A stretch of DNA of 64,000 bases from Candidatus Bilamarchaeum sp. (GTDB taxonomy: Archaea; Micrarchaeota; Micrarchaeia; Anstonellales; Bilamarchaeaceae): the NCBI GenBank assembly GCA_035455205.1, contig DATIFM010000036.1, positions 12,152-76,151 on the forward strand. Reading direction: 5' to 3'. Within the stretch, counting starts at the first letter, position 1, and each line of letters begins with the position of its first letter. Of this stretch, positions 43,733 through 52,840 are shown one piece after another. Made by a program: the position numbers and the translations under genes. The notes beneath the pieces are model-generated. The model was given only the letters and a program-made list of their open reading frames with translations, made no database searches and was not told where the DNA came from.

Positions 43733-44506
43733 ATGATATTGCTTTTCACGTCAAACAACCCGGCAAGCAGGAACATAGCGGACAGGCTGGTTTCGGAGCA
43801 GGGCTTCGCCCCGGCCGGGCCCGGGAGGTGGGAAAAGGGCTCCCACGCGCTCATCGAAACGGGTGCGCCATCCGTGCTCGAAGTCCCCATGGACTACGAA
43901 ACCGACTGCCTGATAGTGCTGAGCACGCACAGGAGCAAGATAAAGGAGAAGATTTTCACGGCGCATTACCCGGGCAACTGGGACGGAAACGATTTGGGCG
44001 GAGAGAGGCGGACGCTCAATACGGCCTTCCCGAGCAGGCTGAAGATACTTCTCCAGGAGATGAAGAGGGAAGCGGACAGGATAGGCTGGAAGTGCGGGCT
44101 CGAGGCCGACCACCACGGCCCCACGGGAAAAGCGCCCATCATATTCGTGGAGATAGGGAGCGGCGAGGAGGAGTGGAATGACATTGCCGCGGCATCCGCG
44201 ATGGCTGCGGCCGTATCGCGGGCGCTCGGGAGGAATGAAAGGTACGACTCGTTTTTTGCAATCGGGGGCGGGCACTATCCGAAGGCGTTCGAGAAAATGG
44301 CATTCGGCGGCCCCCTTGCCATCGGCCATATCCTGCCCAAATACTCCATCGACTCGCTCGATGCGGACACTTTCAGGCAGGCGGTGGAAAAAAGCGTCGA
44401 CAAGGTCGTCAAAGTCGTGGTCCTCAAGGACGAGACGAACCTCGCGCAGAAGGAGAAGATACGGAAGCTTGCCGCGGAGCATTCGCTCGAAGTCGAGATG
44501 GTTTAG
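43733..44506 (+). CDS. dtdA: D-aminoacyl-tRNA deacylase, archaeal type
   Basis: MILLFTSNNPASRNIADRL..., HHGPT and FVEIGSGEEEWND match my recollection of the archaeal tRNA_deacylase family. Confidence 0.7.
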   Translation: MILLFTSNNPASRNIADRLVSEQGFAPAGPGRWEKGSHALIETGAPSVLEVPMDYETDCLIVLSTHRSKIKEKIFTAHYPGNWDGNDLGGERRTLNTAFPSRLKILLQEMKREADRIGWKCGLEADHHGPTGKAPIIFVEIGSGEEEWNDIAAASAMAAAVSRALGRNERYDSFFAIGGGHYPKAFEKMAFGGPLAIGHILPKYSIDSLDADTFRQAVEKSVDKVVKVVVLKDETNLAQKEKIRKLAAEHSLEVEMV

Positions 44507-45237
44507 CGTGGGATTGTTTCAAGGATTTTCGTCCGCGCCGGCCCGAGGCCTGGGTTCTTCAGGAAGGCGATTTCCGAGTTTTCATTGAGCTGCGCGGTCT
44601 CCTTCGATAGCGGAATCGAGGCAAGGAGCGGCACCCCGAGCTTTTTTGCAATCTCGTCCCCATGCGAGCCGAATATCTCGCCGGACATGTTCTCGACGAG
44701 GCCGAGTATCTTCACGCCGAGCTTCTTTGCCATGTTGGCCGCGCGAGCTGTGTCGAGGATGGATTCCTTCGTGGGCGCGCTCACGAGTATCAGGCCGTCA
44801 AGGGCGGATAGCTGCATCGCCGAGAGCGGGACGTCGGCCGTGCCGGGGGGCAAGTCGATGATCAGGTATTCGAGCTCGCCCCACTCGGCTGCCGAGAGGA
44901 AGCTGAGGAGCATATTGTGCTTGATGGGGCCGCGGATGATTATCGGGGACTCCGAAGGCGGGGAAAGGAGCGCGCTCGAGAGGATTTTCACCCCTTTGTG
45001 CTCGACCGGATATAACCGGTTGCCGCTCTTTGTCGCTATGCCGGCCACGGACAAAAACTTCGCAACGTTCGGGCAGTCGATGTCCGCATCGAGGAGGCCG
45101 ACCCGGCGCCCCTCTGCCGCGAGGCAGTATGCGATGTTGACCGAGAGGAACGTCTTGCCAACGCCGCCTTTCCCGCTGTGCACGCCCAGCTTGTATCCTT
45201 TCAGTTTCGGCTTCTGCTCCTCGAACGGGTTGTCCAC
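44503..45237 (-). CDS. Mrp/NBP35/ParA-family P-loop ATPase lacking the CxxC segment
   Basis: Deviant Walker A SGKGGVGKT, LLDADI, and DLPPGT. The region after ENMS reads GEIFGSHG instead of the usual ..CPHCG...IFG. Confidence 0.8.
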   Translation of the reverse strand: MDNPFEEQKPKLKGYKLGVHSGKGGVGKTFLSVNIAYCLAAEGRRVGLLDADIDCPNVAKFLSVAGIATKSGNRLYPVEHKGVKILSSALLSPPSESPIIIRGPIKHNMLLSFLSAAEWGELEYLIIDLPPGTADVPLSAMQLSALDGLILVSAPTKESILDTARAANMAKKLGVKILGLVENMSGEIFGSHGDEIAKKLGVPLLASIPLSKETAQLNENSEIAFLKNPGLGPARTKILETIPR

Positions 45238-45366
45238 GCTAATATGAAAATCAGCATGTTTTTTAAGATGGGACGGGAAAACCAGTCATGGACCAGGTAT
45301 TCAGGCCGGCGCGTACCCAGGAGATTCCGGGCGTCGTTGTTTCGAGGGGTCCCCTCGTGAAGGAGT

Positions 45367-45630
45367 ATGGAGAAAAAGTTCAGTCATCCTAAGCCGATTT
45401 CCGTAGGCGACACGGTGGATGTCACCATCGAGAGCGTGGGCGGGCACGGCGACGGGATAGCCAAGGTGGAGAGTTTCGTCGTTTTCGTCAAGGGCGCAGG
45501 CAAGGGCGAGCGCTGCAGGATAAAAATCACCGAGGTCAAGAGGACTTTCGCGCTCGCAGAGAAGATTGGAAAGGCCGAGGCCGAGATGGACGAGGCGATA
45601 GAGGGGGAGCCGGGCGGGCCATCGGGATAG
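45367..45630 (+). CDS. TRAM-domain protein
   Basis: PISVGDTVDVTIESVGGHGDGIAKVESFVVFVKGAGKGERCRIKITEV is a typical stand-alone archaeal TRAM domain. Confidence 0.8.
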   Translation: MEKKFSHPKPISVGDTVDVTIESVGGHGDGIAKVESFVVFVKGAGKGERCRIKITEVKRTFALAEKIGKAEAEMDEAIEGEPGGPSG

Positions 45631-45652
45631 AAGCAACCGGACGCATTTTACC

Positions 45653-45671
45653 GCCAACCCGAAGGGTTGGC
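45653..45671. terminator. conserved GC hairpin, copy 3 (GCCAACCC-GAA-GGGTTGGC) between convergent genes
   Basis: Perfect 8-bp stem with a 3-nt loop, followed by AAAC. Lies in the 44-nt gap between the stops at 45630 (+) and 45675 (-). Confidence 0.5.
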
Positions 45672-45674
45672 AAA

Positions 45675-46943
45675 CTAGCTGAGCCAGAAGTTGAAGAACG
45701 CGAGGAACAGGACGAGGGCGATGAGGCCGAAGCCTATCGTCACCTGCGTGAGCGTCTCCTTCTCGAACGCGCTGCTCGGCCTCGTGAAATTGCCGGCCGG
45801 CAGGCCGTCCTCGGTAAACTGCCCGTCATGGGAAAGCGCCCTGCTCGTGACGCTCTCGTTGAACCCGGATTCGTTCATGAAGCTGTCGGTTACGCGCAGC
45901 GAAAAATTATTCAGGCCGAGCCCGGAATAGCTGTAGTTGATTCCGTAGGCGTAAAGGAACGAGTCGTTGCCGTGCTCGAGGGGAATCGGGGTCGTGACAT
46001 TGGAGTCGGATTCGGAATATCCGGTTTCGTTCGTCAGGTTGGAGCGGATTTCCTGCACGCCGAAGGCGTTCTGGACCACCGAGAAGTTCCTCAGCGTGAT
46101 GTTCAGGGCGCGCTTGCCGTTCATGTCAAGCTCCGCGCGGTAGAGGGGGGCCTGCGAGAGCACCAGCATGTTGAAATCGTTGTTCCGGAACCACTGCTCT
46201 CGCAAAGCTGGCGACAGCAGGAAGAAGAGCTTGCCCTCCCCGGCGACGCGGTAGGAGCGGTTTATGGAAACCGGGATGGATGCATTAACTGTCGTGACGT
46301 TGTCCGGGCAGGTCGACTCTCCGGTCTGGTTGTTGATGGCGTACATGAACGTCACGTTGCCGGTCAGGTTGATGGTGAGGTTCTCGAGGCCGGAGGACGA
46401 TTTCATCTCTTGCAGGATTTCCTCCGGGACCGGGACGAGGGTGGCGTTTGCGCGGGCGGTTGAATTCAGGCCCCTGAAGGTGAACGTGGCGTTCAAATCA
46501 TAGACGACATACGTGCTGTTCTCGTATTCCGAGCAGAAGTCCCCGTCGAAGTCGCAGCGCCACGCGGTCTCGTCGCTTATGTGCTGGTGCCAGGCATCGT
46601 CGCAGACGAAATTCGGATATCCCTGCGCCGGCTTCGAAGTGAGGTGGCCCATCGAGTAGCCGCGGGCTATCAGGAGGGCGAGGCCTTCGACCGGGGCCGT
46701 GACATTGTCGATGAGGAGCGTCATCCCGGCGATATCGAGGCTCGCATTGACGTACTGGGTCTGGTTGTAGCCCCCGAAAAAGAAGGTGATGTTGCCGCTC
46801 GAGGCGTTGGTGGCGTTGTAGGTTCCGTTAAGGGACGACGAATAATTTTCGTTGTAGGCCATGACTCCGCTTATGGGAGGCTCGGAATACTGGGCGAAAC
46901 ATGCGGAACCGAGAACCATCAGGGCCAAAACCCAGAACTTCAT
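45675..46943 (-). CDS. secreted, heavily sequon-decorated surface protein with C-terminal TM anchor (S-layer/envelope glycoprotein candidate)
   Basis: Signal peptide MKFWVLALMVLGSACFAQ, about 30 NxS/T sequons by my manual count in 422 aa, and C-terminal TIGFGLIALVLFLAFFNFWLS. No family recognised. Confidence 0.6.
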   Translation of the reverse strand: MKFWVLALMVLGSACFAQYSEPPISGVMAYNENYSSSLNGTYNATNASSGNITFFFGGYNQTQYVNASLDIAGMTLLIDNVTAPVEGLALLIARGYSMGHLTSKPAQGYPNFVCDDAWHQHISDETAWRCDFDGDFCSEYENSTYVVYDLNATFTFRGLNSTARANATLVPVPEEILQEMKSSSGLENLTINLTGNVTFMYAINNQTGESTCPDNVTTVNASIPVSINRSYRVAGEGKLFFLLSPALREQWFRNNDFNMLVLSQAPLYRAELDMNGKRALNITLRNFSVVQNAFGVQEIRSNLTNETGYSESDSNVTTPIPLEHGNDSFLYAYGINYSYSGLGLNNFSLRVTDSFMNESGFNESVTSRALSHDGQFTEDGLPAGNFTRPSSAFEKETLTQVTIGFGLIALVLFLAFFNFWLS

Positions 46944-48850
46944 AGCATATCGCCCAGCCTGTCTATCGTCACAAACTGGACAGTGTCGTTGGCCTGCATC
47001 AGTTTCAGCCTCGCAGAGTCGGCCTGGCCGAGGTTGTCGAAGATGTGGTTGAGCTCGGACTTGTCGTCCACGACTATGATGGCCTTCCGCGTGAACTTGT
47101 CGCCGAAGAACCCGACCTCGAAGTCCTTGGACACGAACTTGGAGCCGGACTCGCTGAACATCGTCCCGCTCTCGATGAGTTTCTCCTTTATCATCCTGCG
47201 GAGGGTGTTGCGCTTTATGTCGCCTTCGCCCTTGAGCTGGTAGTAGTCGCGGTGCGACTCGAGGTGGCCGGACTTGACGAGCTTCTTGAGGATCTCCTCA
47301 ACGTTGCCCTCGGTGACGTCTGCCCCGTTCGTGAGGTAGCGCTTGAGCGAGACCGCGAACTCCTGGGCCGTTATCGGGTTGCTCCCGAGGTTCATCTCCT
47401 TGCGTATCATGGAGAAGCTCTCGAGCGCGCGTGCGAGGGGAAGCGTTATCTCCTGCCGCACCGAGTCCGCGCTGTCTCCGAAGCGGATGCGGTAGGTCGG
47501 CCTGCGGCTCGCCCTCGCGCCGAAATAAACGGCGGCCACGATAATCAGGCCGGGCACACCGTACTTGATGTAGAAGTCGAGGAACGGGTCCTCCTGGTTG
47601 ACGACCGTGACGGGAATCTTCGTTCCGGCAAGCTCGAAATTGAATATGTTCTCTCCTTTGTCCAATTTGGCGTTAACAGTGACCGTGCCGTCGCTGATGA
47701 AGTATTTCCTCTTGGTCTCCGAGTCTCCGAGGGACACGAGCGCCTCCGTGTTTCCCATGGGCGCCCCGTCGGCGAGGGCGGAGAACGTGTATGTCACGCC
47801 CCTCTTCTGGAGGAGCGTTATCTCGATGTCGCGTATGTGGAGCATGCCGCTTGCTATCGGGCCGGAGTTGTCGTCCACTGTGATTACGTACCAGCCCGGG
47901 TCGGGGTATTCGAATTTCTTCAGGAAAACGTTCTCGTCCGTGACGCGCCGGAGCTGCTCGTGCTCTATCGTCTTGCCGTCCTTCTTCACCGAGAGGAACG
48001 CCGTCCCGTTCGTCTTGTTCAGGAGGAACTGGAGGCTGGAGCGCTCGTTGGGGAGTATCGTCTGTGGAGAGGTCGCAAGCGTCTGGTTTGTCTGCTCGAG
48101 GCGCGGCGAGTCGAATATGCCTGCCGTATCGTCGAACTCGTACACGAGGCGCACGTAGCCGGTGCGGTTTATCCTGGCCGCTGCGGTGCCGATTCCGGCC
48201 CCGGATACGAAAATCTGCGAGCGCTCTCCTGCGGCCCAGCTGTTGAGGAGTATGTCGCGCGCGAGGCTTTTGTTGCCGCTGTCGATGAAGTCGTCGAGCG
48301 ATGTGTTTATGAGGACGACGCGCGAGCGCTGGGCCGGAGTGAGCGAGCTGTACCAGTTGAGCTGCTTTATGCCGTTGCTTATCAGGAGGTCCTTCGCGCC
48401 GAAATACACAATCGCCGAGTCCGAGGAGTTCTGCTGCAGGTTGAAGAGCGCGTACGATGGTATCGCGCCCGTGGGCACGATGTTTATCCCGTCGTTAATC
48501 TTCGGCTCGTCGCTGATTGTGACCGTGAAGCCGTATTTCTCGAGCACGCGCATCTGCTCGATGAGGTCCTGGAGCTTCGTTGCCTCTATCGCCTGGCTGT
48601 CGTTGATTATCGTCACTTTCCTCTTGGGCGGCTTTTCATAGCCCAGAATCGTGAGGTTGCCGGTCCCGCGGTAATTGTAGACGCTGTAAGCGTATTCGCC
48701 CGCCGCCCCGCTCTCGAGTACCGAGAATGTCGAGGGCGCATGGTCCTTGGCCATCCCCTCCTCCTCGCCGAAAAGCAGCACGACCACTATCCCGGCAAGT
48801 ATCAGGAGGAGAACGACCACAAGCCCCACGATGATGCTGCGCAACCTCAT
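46940..48850 (-). CDS. two-TM envelope protein: large extracytoplasmic domain plus a roughly 190-aa cytoplasmic C-terminal domain
   Basis: TM1 is IIVGLVVVLLLILAGIVVVLLF. About 420 aa with sequons follow, then TM2 YGVPGLIIVAAVYFGA, then a charged helical tail. ATGA overlaps at both ends. No family recognised. Confidence 0.6.
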   Translation of the reverse strand: MRLRSIIVGLVVVLLLILAGIVVVLLFGEEEGMAKDHAPSTFSVLESGAAGEYAYSVYNYRGTGNLTILGYEKPPKRKVTIINDSQAIEATKLQDLIEQMRVLEKYGFTVTISDEPKINDGINIVPTGAIPSYALFNLQQNSSDSAIVYFGAKDLLISNGIKQLNWYSSLTPAQRSRVVLINTSLDDFIDSGNKSLARDILLNSWAAGERSQIFVSGAGIGTAAARINRTGYVRLVYEFDDTAGIFDSPRLEQTNQTLATSPQTILPNERSSLQFLLNKTNGTAFLSVKKDGKTIEHEQLRRVTDENVFLKKFEYPDPGWYVITVDDNSGPIASGMLHIRDIEITLLQKRGVTYTFSALADGAPMGNTEALVSLGDSETKRKYFISDGTVTVNAKLDKGENIFNFELAGTKIPVTVVNQEDPFLDFYIKYGVPGLIIVAAVYFGARASRRPTYRIRFGDSADSVRQEITLPLARALESFSMIRKEMNLGSNPITAQEFAVSLKRYLTNGADVTEGNVEEILKKLVKSGHLESHRDYYQLKGEGDIKRNTLRRMIKEKLIESGTMFSESGSKFVSKDFEVGFFGDKFTRKAIIVVDDKSELNHIFDNLGQADSARLKLMQANDTVQFVTIDRLGDML

Positions 48851-50202
48851 ATGTCCAGCCTTTTTGAAGTAAGAAAGTCTACATCATTTTTATAGAAATC
48901 CCTTATGTCCTCGAGCTCCATGAGGAGCATAAGGGGGCGCTCCAGCGAAAGCCCCCAGGCGAGGACCGGGTAAACTCCGGCCAGGGGGAGGCTCACTTCG
49001 GGCCTGAATACCCCGGCACCGCCGAGTTCGAGCCATTGCTTCCTTTTTTCGAAGAACACCTCAATTTCGAGCGAAGGCTCGGTGTATGGGAAGAAGGACG
49101 GCCGGAACCGTATCTTCTCGAAGCCTAGCTTCTTGTAGAATTCCTTGAGGACGCCAAGGAGGTCTGTGAATTTCGCGTTTTCCCATGCAATGATGCCCTC
49201 CACCTGGTGGAACTCGGCAAGGTGCTTGTAGTCGGTGGCCTCGTTCCTGAAGACGCGGCCTATTGCGAAGTATTTCCGGGGCTTCCCGTCCTTGATCGAC
49301 GCGACGTAGCGGGCCGAGAGGGCGGTAGTGTGGGTGCGGAGTACCTGCCGCGAGGCTTCCTTGGGGTCCCACTTGTACTTCCAGCCGTCCTCGTGCGATT
49401 TTTTCACCTTCTCGACGAGAGACCGGTCGTTCGGGAGCGGCGACGTGCCGTCGATGTAGAACGTGTCCGCGAGCTCGCGGGCAGGGTGGTCCTGCGGCTG
49501 GAAGAGCGCGTCGAAGTTCCAGAACGAGCTCTCGATGATGTCGCCCTCCATCTCCTGGAAGCCCAGCTCGGACATTATCGACTTCATCTTCAAGGTCATC
49601 CTGGTTATCGGATGGCTTTTTCCCGAGGGGGCGTTCTTTGCCGGGACGTTCAGGTCGAATTGCGCAAGCTCGGCGCCGGCCGCCTTGGCAGTCCTGACTA
49701 CGGTCGTTTCCCTGACCGTCTTTTTGCCAAGGAGGCGCCTTTCGTAGAATTCTTCGAGAAGCACCTTGTCGGAGCATTCCCCGGAAGAGGCGATTTCATT
49801 GGCCGCGGCCTTTAGCGATTCGGCGAGCGCACCGACTTCGGATTCCTCCTTTTCCGGGACCAGCCTGCCCCCTTCGATATTGACGAGGCCCTTGACTTTT
49901 GCCCACCGGATGCCGATGGATTTTTCATCGGGCGTGAGGTCAGCTATGGAAGCGCCCGCGAGCGCTTTCTTATATACCAGGATTTCCGGGAAGCCGCTGC
50001 CGACGTATTTCGAGAGCTCCGGGGTCTGGATGCCCTTCACGGACTCCTTAAGCTCCAGCGTGACGTAGCCCGCGGTCTTGAGCGACTCGAGGATGCGCCG
50101 GATGCTGTCCTCGTTCATGCCGGCCTGCCTGCACAGCGCGTCGAATGCCATGCGCCTGTTTTTTGAAACGATTTCAAGAACCTTGTCTTCTCCCTTGTAC
50201 AT
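48847..50202 (-). CDS. pheS: phenylalanine--tRNA ligase alpha subunit, archaeal type
   Basis: Class II motifs: PARELADTFY, LRTHTTALSARY, FRPSFFPYTEPSLEIEV and ELGGAGVFRPEV. Start at MYKGEDKV (50202); the 38-aa track extension is rejected. Confidence 0.9.
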   Translation of the reverse strand: MYKGEDKVLEIVSKNRRMAFDALCRQAGMNEDSIRRILESLKTAGYVTLELKESVKGIQTPELSKYVGSGFPEILVYKKALAGASIADLTPDEKSIGIRWAKVKGLVNIEGGRLVPEKEESEVGALAESLKAAANEIASSGECSDKVLLEEFYERRLLGKKTVRETTVVRTAKAAGAELAQFDLNVPAKNAPSGKSHPITRMTLKMKSIMSELGFQEMEGDIIESSFWNFDALFQPQDHPARELADTFYIDGTSPLPNDRSLVEKVKKSHEDGWKYKWDPKEASRQVLRTHTTALSARYVASIKDGKPRKYFAIGRVFRNEATDYKHLAEFHQVEGIIAWENAKFTDLLGVLKEFYKKLGFEKIRFRPSFFPYTEPSLEIEVFFEKRKQWLELGGAGVFRPEVSLPLAGVYPVLAWGLSLERPLMLLMELEDIRDFYKNDVDFLTSKRLDI

Positions 50203-51029
50203 TACTCTTCGCCCCTCCGTTTTGCAGTTATGACATACAGGCAAGAGCCTATAAGCGCAGCGAGGAGGAGGACAAGAGGCAGTCCGCCCGGGCCGCGAAG
50301 GGTCTCGATGACCCATATCAGTATGCCGCTGAAGAAATCGGAAACCTCCTTGTCGATGCTGTCCTCGACCTCGAAAACGAGGGAGAACTTCACAAGGACG
50401 ATGTCAGACCATGAAAGCGAATCCGCGTGAACCGGCAGCTTGAGGGTTAAATCGGACGGCGCCGGGTTAACGTCCTGCACCACAGCCTCCGGGGGAAGCT
50501 CGACCGTCAGGAAGACGTTCTCGTCCAGGATGATGTTGCCCTCGGGGGTCGTCGTGAAGTACAGCGCCGAGGGGTTTATGGAATAGCGGATGGTGCGGGG
50601 CTTGTATTTTTCCAGCCTGAAGAGGCCGGTGCCCTGCGTCGCGACGCTGGAGTTGTTGAACGAGGGATATGCGAGGTAGTCGAGTATCAGTTCGCCGTGG
50701 CAGATGCCTTGTATCGGATTGCATTTTGTCCGCGGCTGGGGCCGCACGCGCAAATCGCGTATGTCGACGGTGGACGGGTTCACGTGGAACTTGACGTCCT
50801 TGAGGCCGACGTTGGACGACCACCAGGACAGCTCGTCGTTCCCGATGCCGCTGTCGTAGATGGAGTTCGAGTAGTTTCCGAACATCACGAACTTGATGCT
50901 TTCGTGCACCTTGGCGCTGCCATCGGACTTCACGTCGCTTATGTCCACGTCTACCCGCTCGATGAGGAATTCCGCGTTTGCCACTGCGGCGAGCACGAGT
51001 AAAAGTAGCAGTCGCTTCATGATTTCCAA
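50202..51029 (-). CDS. secreted protein with C-terminal TM anchor and basic tail, unknown function
   Basis: Signal peptide MKRLLLLLVLAAVANA. C-terminus is GGLPLVLLLAALIGSCLYVITAKRRGEE. Its stop overlaps the pheS start by 1 nt (TAATG). Confidence 0.55.
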   Translation of the reverse strand: MEIMKRLLLLLVLAAVANAEFLIERVDVDISDVKSDGSAKVHESIKFVMFGNYSNSIYDSGIGNDELSWWSSNVGLKDVKFHVNPSTVDIRDLRVRPQPRTKCNPIQGICHGELILDYLAYPSFNNSSVATQGTGLFRLEKYKPRTIRYSINPSALYFTTTPEGNIILDENVFLTVELPPEAVVQDVNPAPSDLTLKLPVHADSLSWSDIVLVKFSLVFEVEDSIDKEVSDFFSGILIWVIETLRGPGGLPLVLLLAALIGSCLYVITAKRRGEE

Positions 51030-51071
51030 TCTCAGTCAAGGTATAAAAATGGATTTTCAGTCATTCACTGC

Positions 51072-51656
51072 ATGGAACTGGAGTCCCTGATTGTTTCGTT
51101 CATAACCATATTCGCGATTATGGACCCTTTTGCGAGCCTGCCTCCGTTCCTCACGCTGACCGCCAAGTGCTCCAAGGAAGAGAGCAGGTCGGTGGCGGAC
51201 AGGGCAGTGCTGATAGCGGGGGCGGTCGCGTTCGTCTTCGCGGTCGCCGGGCCCTCGCTGCTTTCAGCCCTCGCCATCACGCTCTCGGACTTCAGGATAG
51301 CCGGCGGCATAGTGCTCGCGCTCCTCGGGCTCGAAACGACGCTCGGATTCTCCCTCTCAGGCCACGGCCAGAAGTCCGGGGGCCTCGACTCGGCGGCCGT
51401 GCTGATAGCGACGCCCATCCTGACCGGGCCCGGCCTCATGACTTCGCTCGTAATCCTCGGCAACGAGCGCGGCCTCCTGCCCGTCGGCATCGCGCTCGCG
51501 TGCGCGCTCCTCATCTCATGGCTTGTGCTCAGGAACGCCGGGAAAGTCCGCTCGCTCGTCGGCGAGAGGGTCATCATGGTGTTCTCGAAGGTCATGGGGC
51601 TGTTCCTGATGGCGATTGGCATCTCGTTCATCAGGGCCGGCCTTATGGGTATATAA
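51072..51656 (+). CDS. MarC-family (UPF0056) integral membrane protein
   Basis: 194 aa with 6 TM-like segments and an N-terminal FAIMDPFASLP motif typical of MarC. Confidence 0.7.
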   Translation: MELESLIVSFITIFAIMDPFASLPPFLTLTAKCSKEESRSVADRAVLIAGAVAFVFAVAGPSLLSALAITLSDFRIAGGIVLALLGLETTLGFSLSGHGQKSGGLDSAAVLIATPILTGPGLMTSLVILGNERGLLPVGIALACALLISWLVLRNAGKVRSLVGERVIMVFSKVMGLFLMAIGISFIRAGLMGI

Positions 51657-51678
51657 AAACTGGGAGGAAAATCCTTTC

Positions 51679-52779
51679 ATGAAGCACACTATTTCTACAC
51701 TTGGGAGCCACTCTGCCCTCGACGTCTGCGAGGGTGCGAAAATGGAGGGCTACGGCACCCTCGTCGTCGCGCAGAAGGGGCGCGAAAAGACCTACCTCGG
51801 CCCGTACAAATCCAGGGTGCGGGAAACCGGCGGCCGGAAGCGGGAGGTGGGCGTCGTGGACGAGCTTCTCCTCCTCGGCAGTTTCAAGGATATGACGAAG
51901 AAGGAGAACCTGGACTTCCTGAAGAAGCGCAACTCGATTTTCGTCCCGAACCGCTCCTTTGCGGTTTACGTCGGCTATGACTCCATAGAAAAGAGCTTCC
52001 CGGTGCCGGTTTTCGGAAACAAGTTCCTCCTGCGGGCCGAGGAGCGCGACGCGCCGAAAAATCAGTACCATTTGATGGACAAGGCGGGAATACGCTCGCC
52101 GAGGAAATTTCCGTCCCCGGAAAAAATCGACAGGCTCGCGATAGTGAAGGTGAGCGAGGCCAAAAGGACTTACGAGAGGGCGTTCTTCCTCGCAAGGAGC
52201 TACGAGGAATACCGCGAGCGGAGCGAGGAGATGGTAAAGAGCGGGAAGATAACCCGCGAGAGCCTCGCGAAGGCCACGATAGAGGAGTACATCGTGGGGG
52301 CGCACTTCAACCTCAACTTCTTCTATTCGCCGGTGCACGGGGAACTCGAGCTCCTCGGCCTGGACACGAGGCGCCAGACGAACATTGACGGCTACCTCAG
52401 GATGCCGGCTGACGCCCAGCTGGAGCTATTGAAGCTGCAGCAGCCATCGACGATAGAGGTCGGGCACATCGCATGCACACTCCGCGAATCCCTCCTCGAG
52501 CAGGTCTTCGAGCTCGGCGAGAGGTTCGTCCATGCCGTGGAGAGCGAGTACAAGGATGGCCTGATAGGCCCGTTCGCGCTGCAGGGCGCGATAGTCGAGG
52601 AGGGGAAGGAGGAGTTCGTCTGCTTCGACGTCTCGATGAGGATGCCGGGCTCGCCTGGGACCAGGTTCACGCCCTACAGCGGGTACCTCCACCGCGAAAG
52701 CGTCTCCTTCGGAAGGAGAATCGCGATGGAGATAAAGGACGCGGAAAGGGAGAAGATGCTCGATAAGATAACGACGTGA
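51679..52779 (+). CDS. purP: 5-formaminoimidazole-4-carboxamide ribonucleotide (FAICAR) synthetase
   Basis: ISTLGSHSALDVCEGAKMEGY at the N-terminus, ATP-grasp length, archaeal-specific enzyme. The ATG at 51679 is preferred over the track start at 51616. Confidence 0.85.
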   Translation: MKHTISTLGSHSALDVCEGAKMEGYGTLVVAQKGREKTYLGPYKSRVRETGGRKREVGVVDELLLLGSFKDMTKKENLDFLKKRNSIFVPNRSFAVYVGYDSIEKSFPVPVFGNKFLLRAEERDAPKNQYHLMDKAGIRSPRKFPSPEKIDRLAIVKVSEAKRTYERAFFLARSYEEYRERSEEMVKSGKITRESLAKATIEEYIVGAHFNLNFFYSPVHGELELLGLDTRRQTNIDGYLRMPADAQLELLKLQQPSTIEVGHIACTLRESLLEQVFELGERFVHAVESEYKDGLIGPFALQGAIVEEGKEEFVCFDVSMRMPGSPGTRFTPYSGYLHRESVSFGRRIAMEIKDAEREKMLDKITT

Positions 52780-52840
52780 GTTTCTTAAATTGTGTCAGTT
52801 CATGTCTAATTATAAATTCTTCCGTCCCTAATATTTCTGG

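Noticed and set aside
45343-45357. Perfect 15-nt palindrome CGAGGGGTCCCCTCG immediately upstream of the TRAM gene SD (GAAGGAG).
   Set aside because: It is a single occurrence. As RNA the loop would be too small for a full hairpin. It could be an operator, but nothing else supports that.
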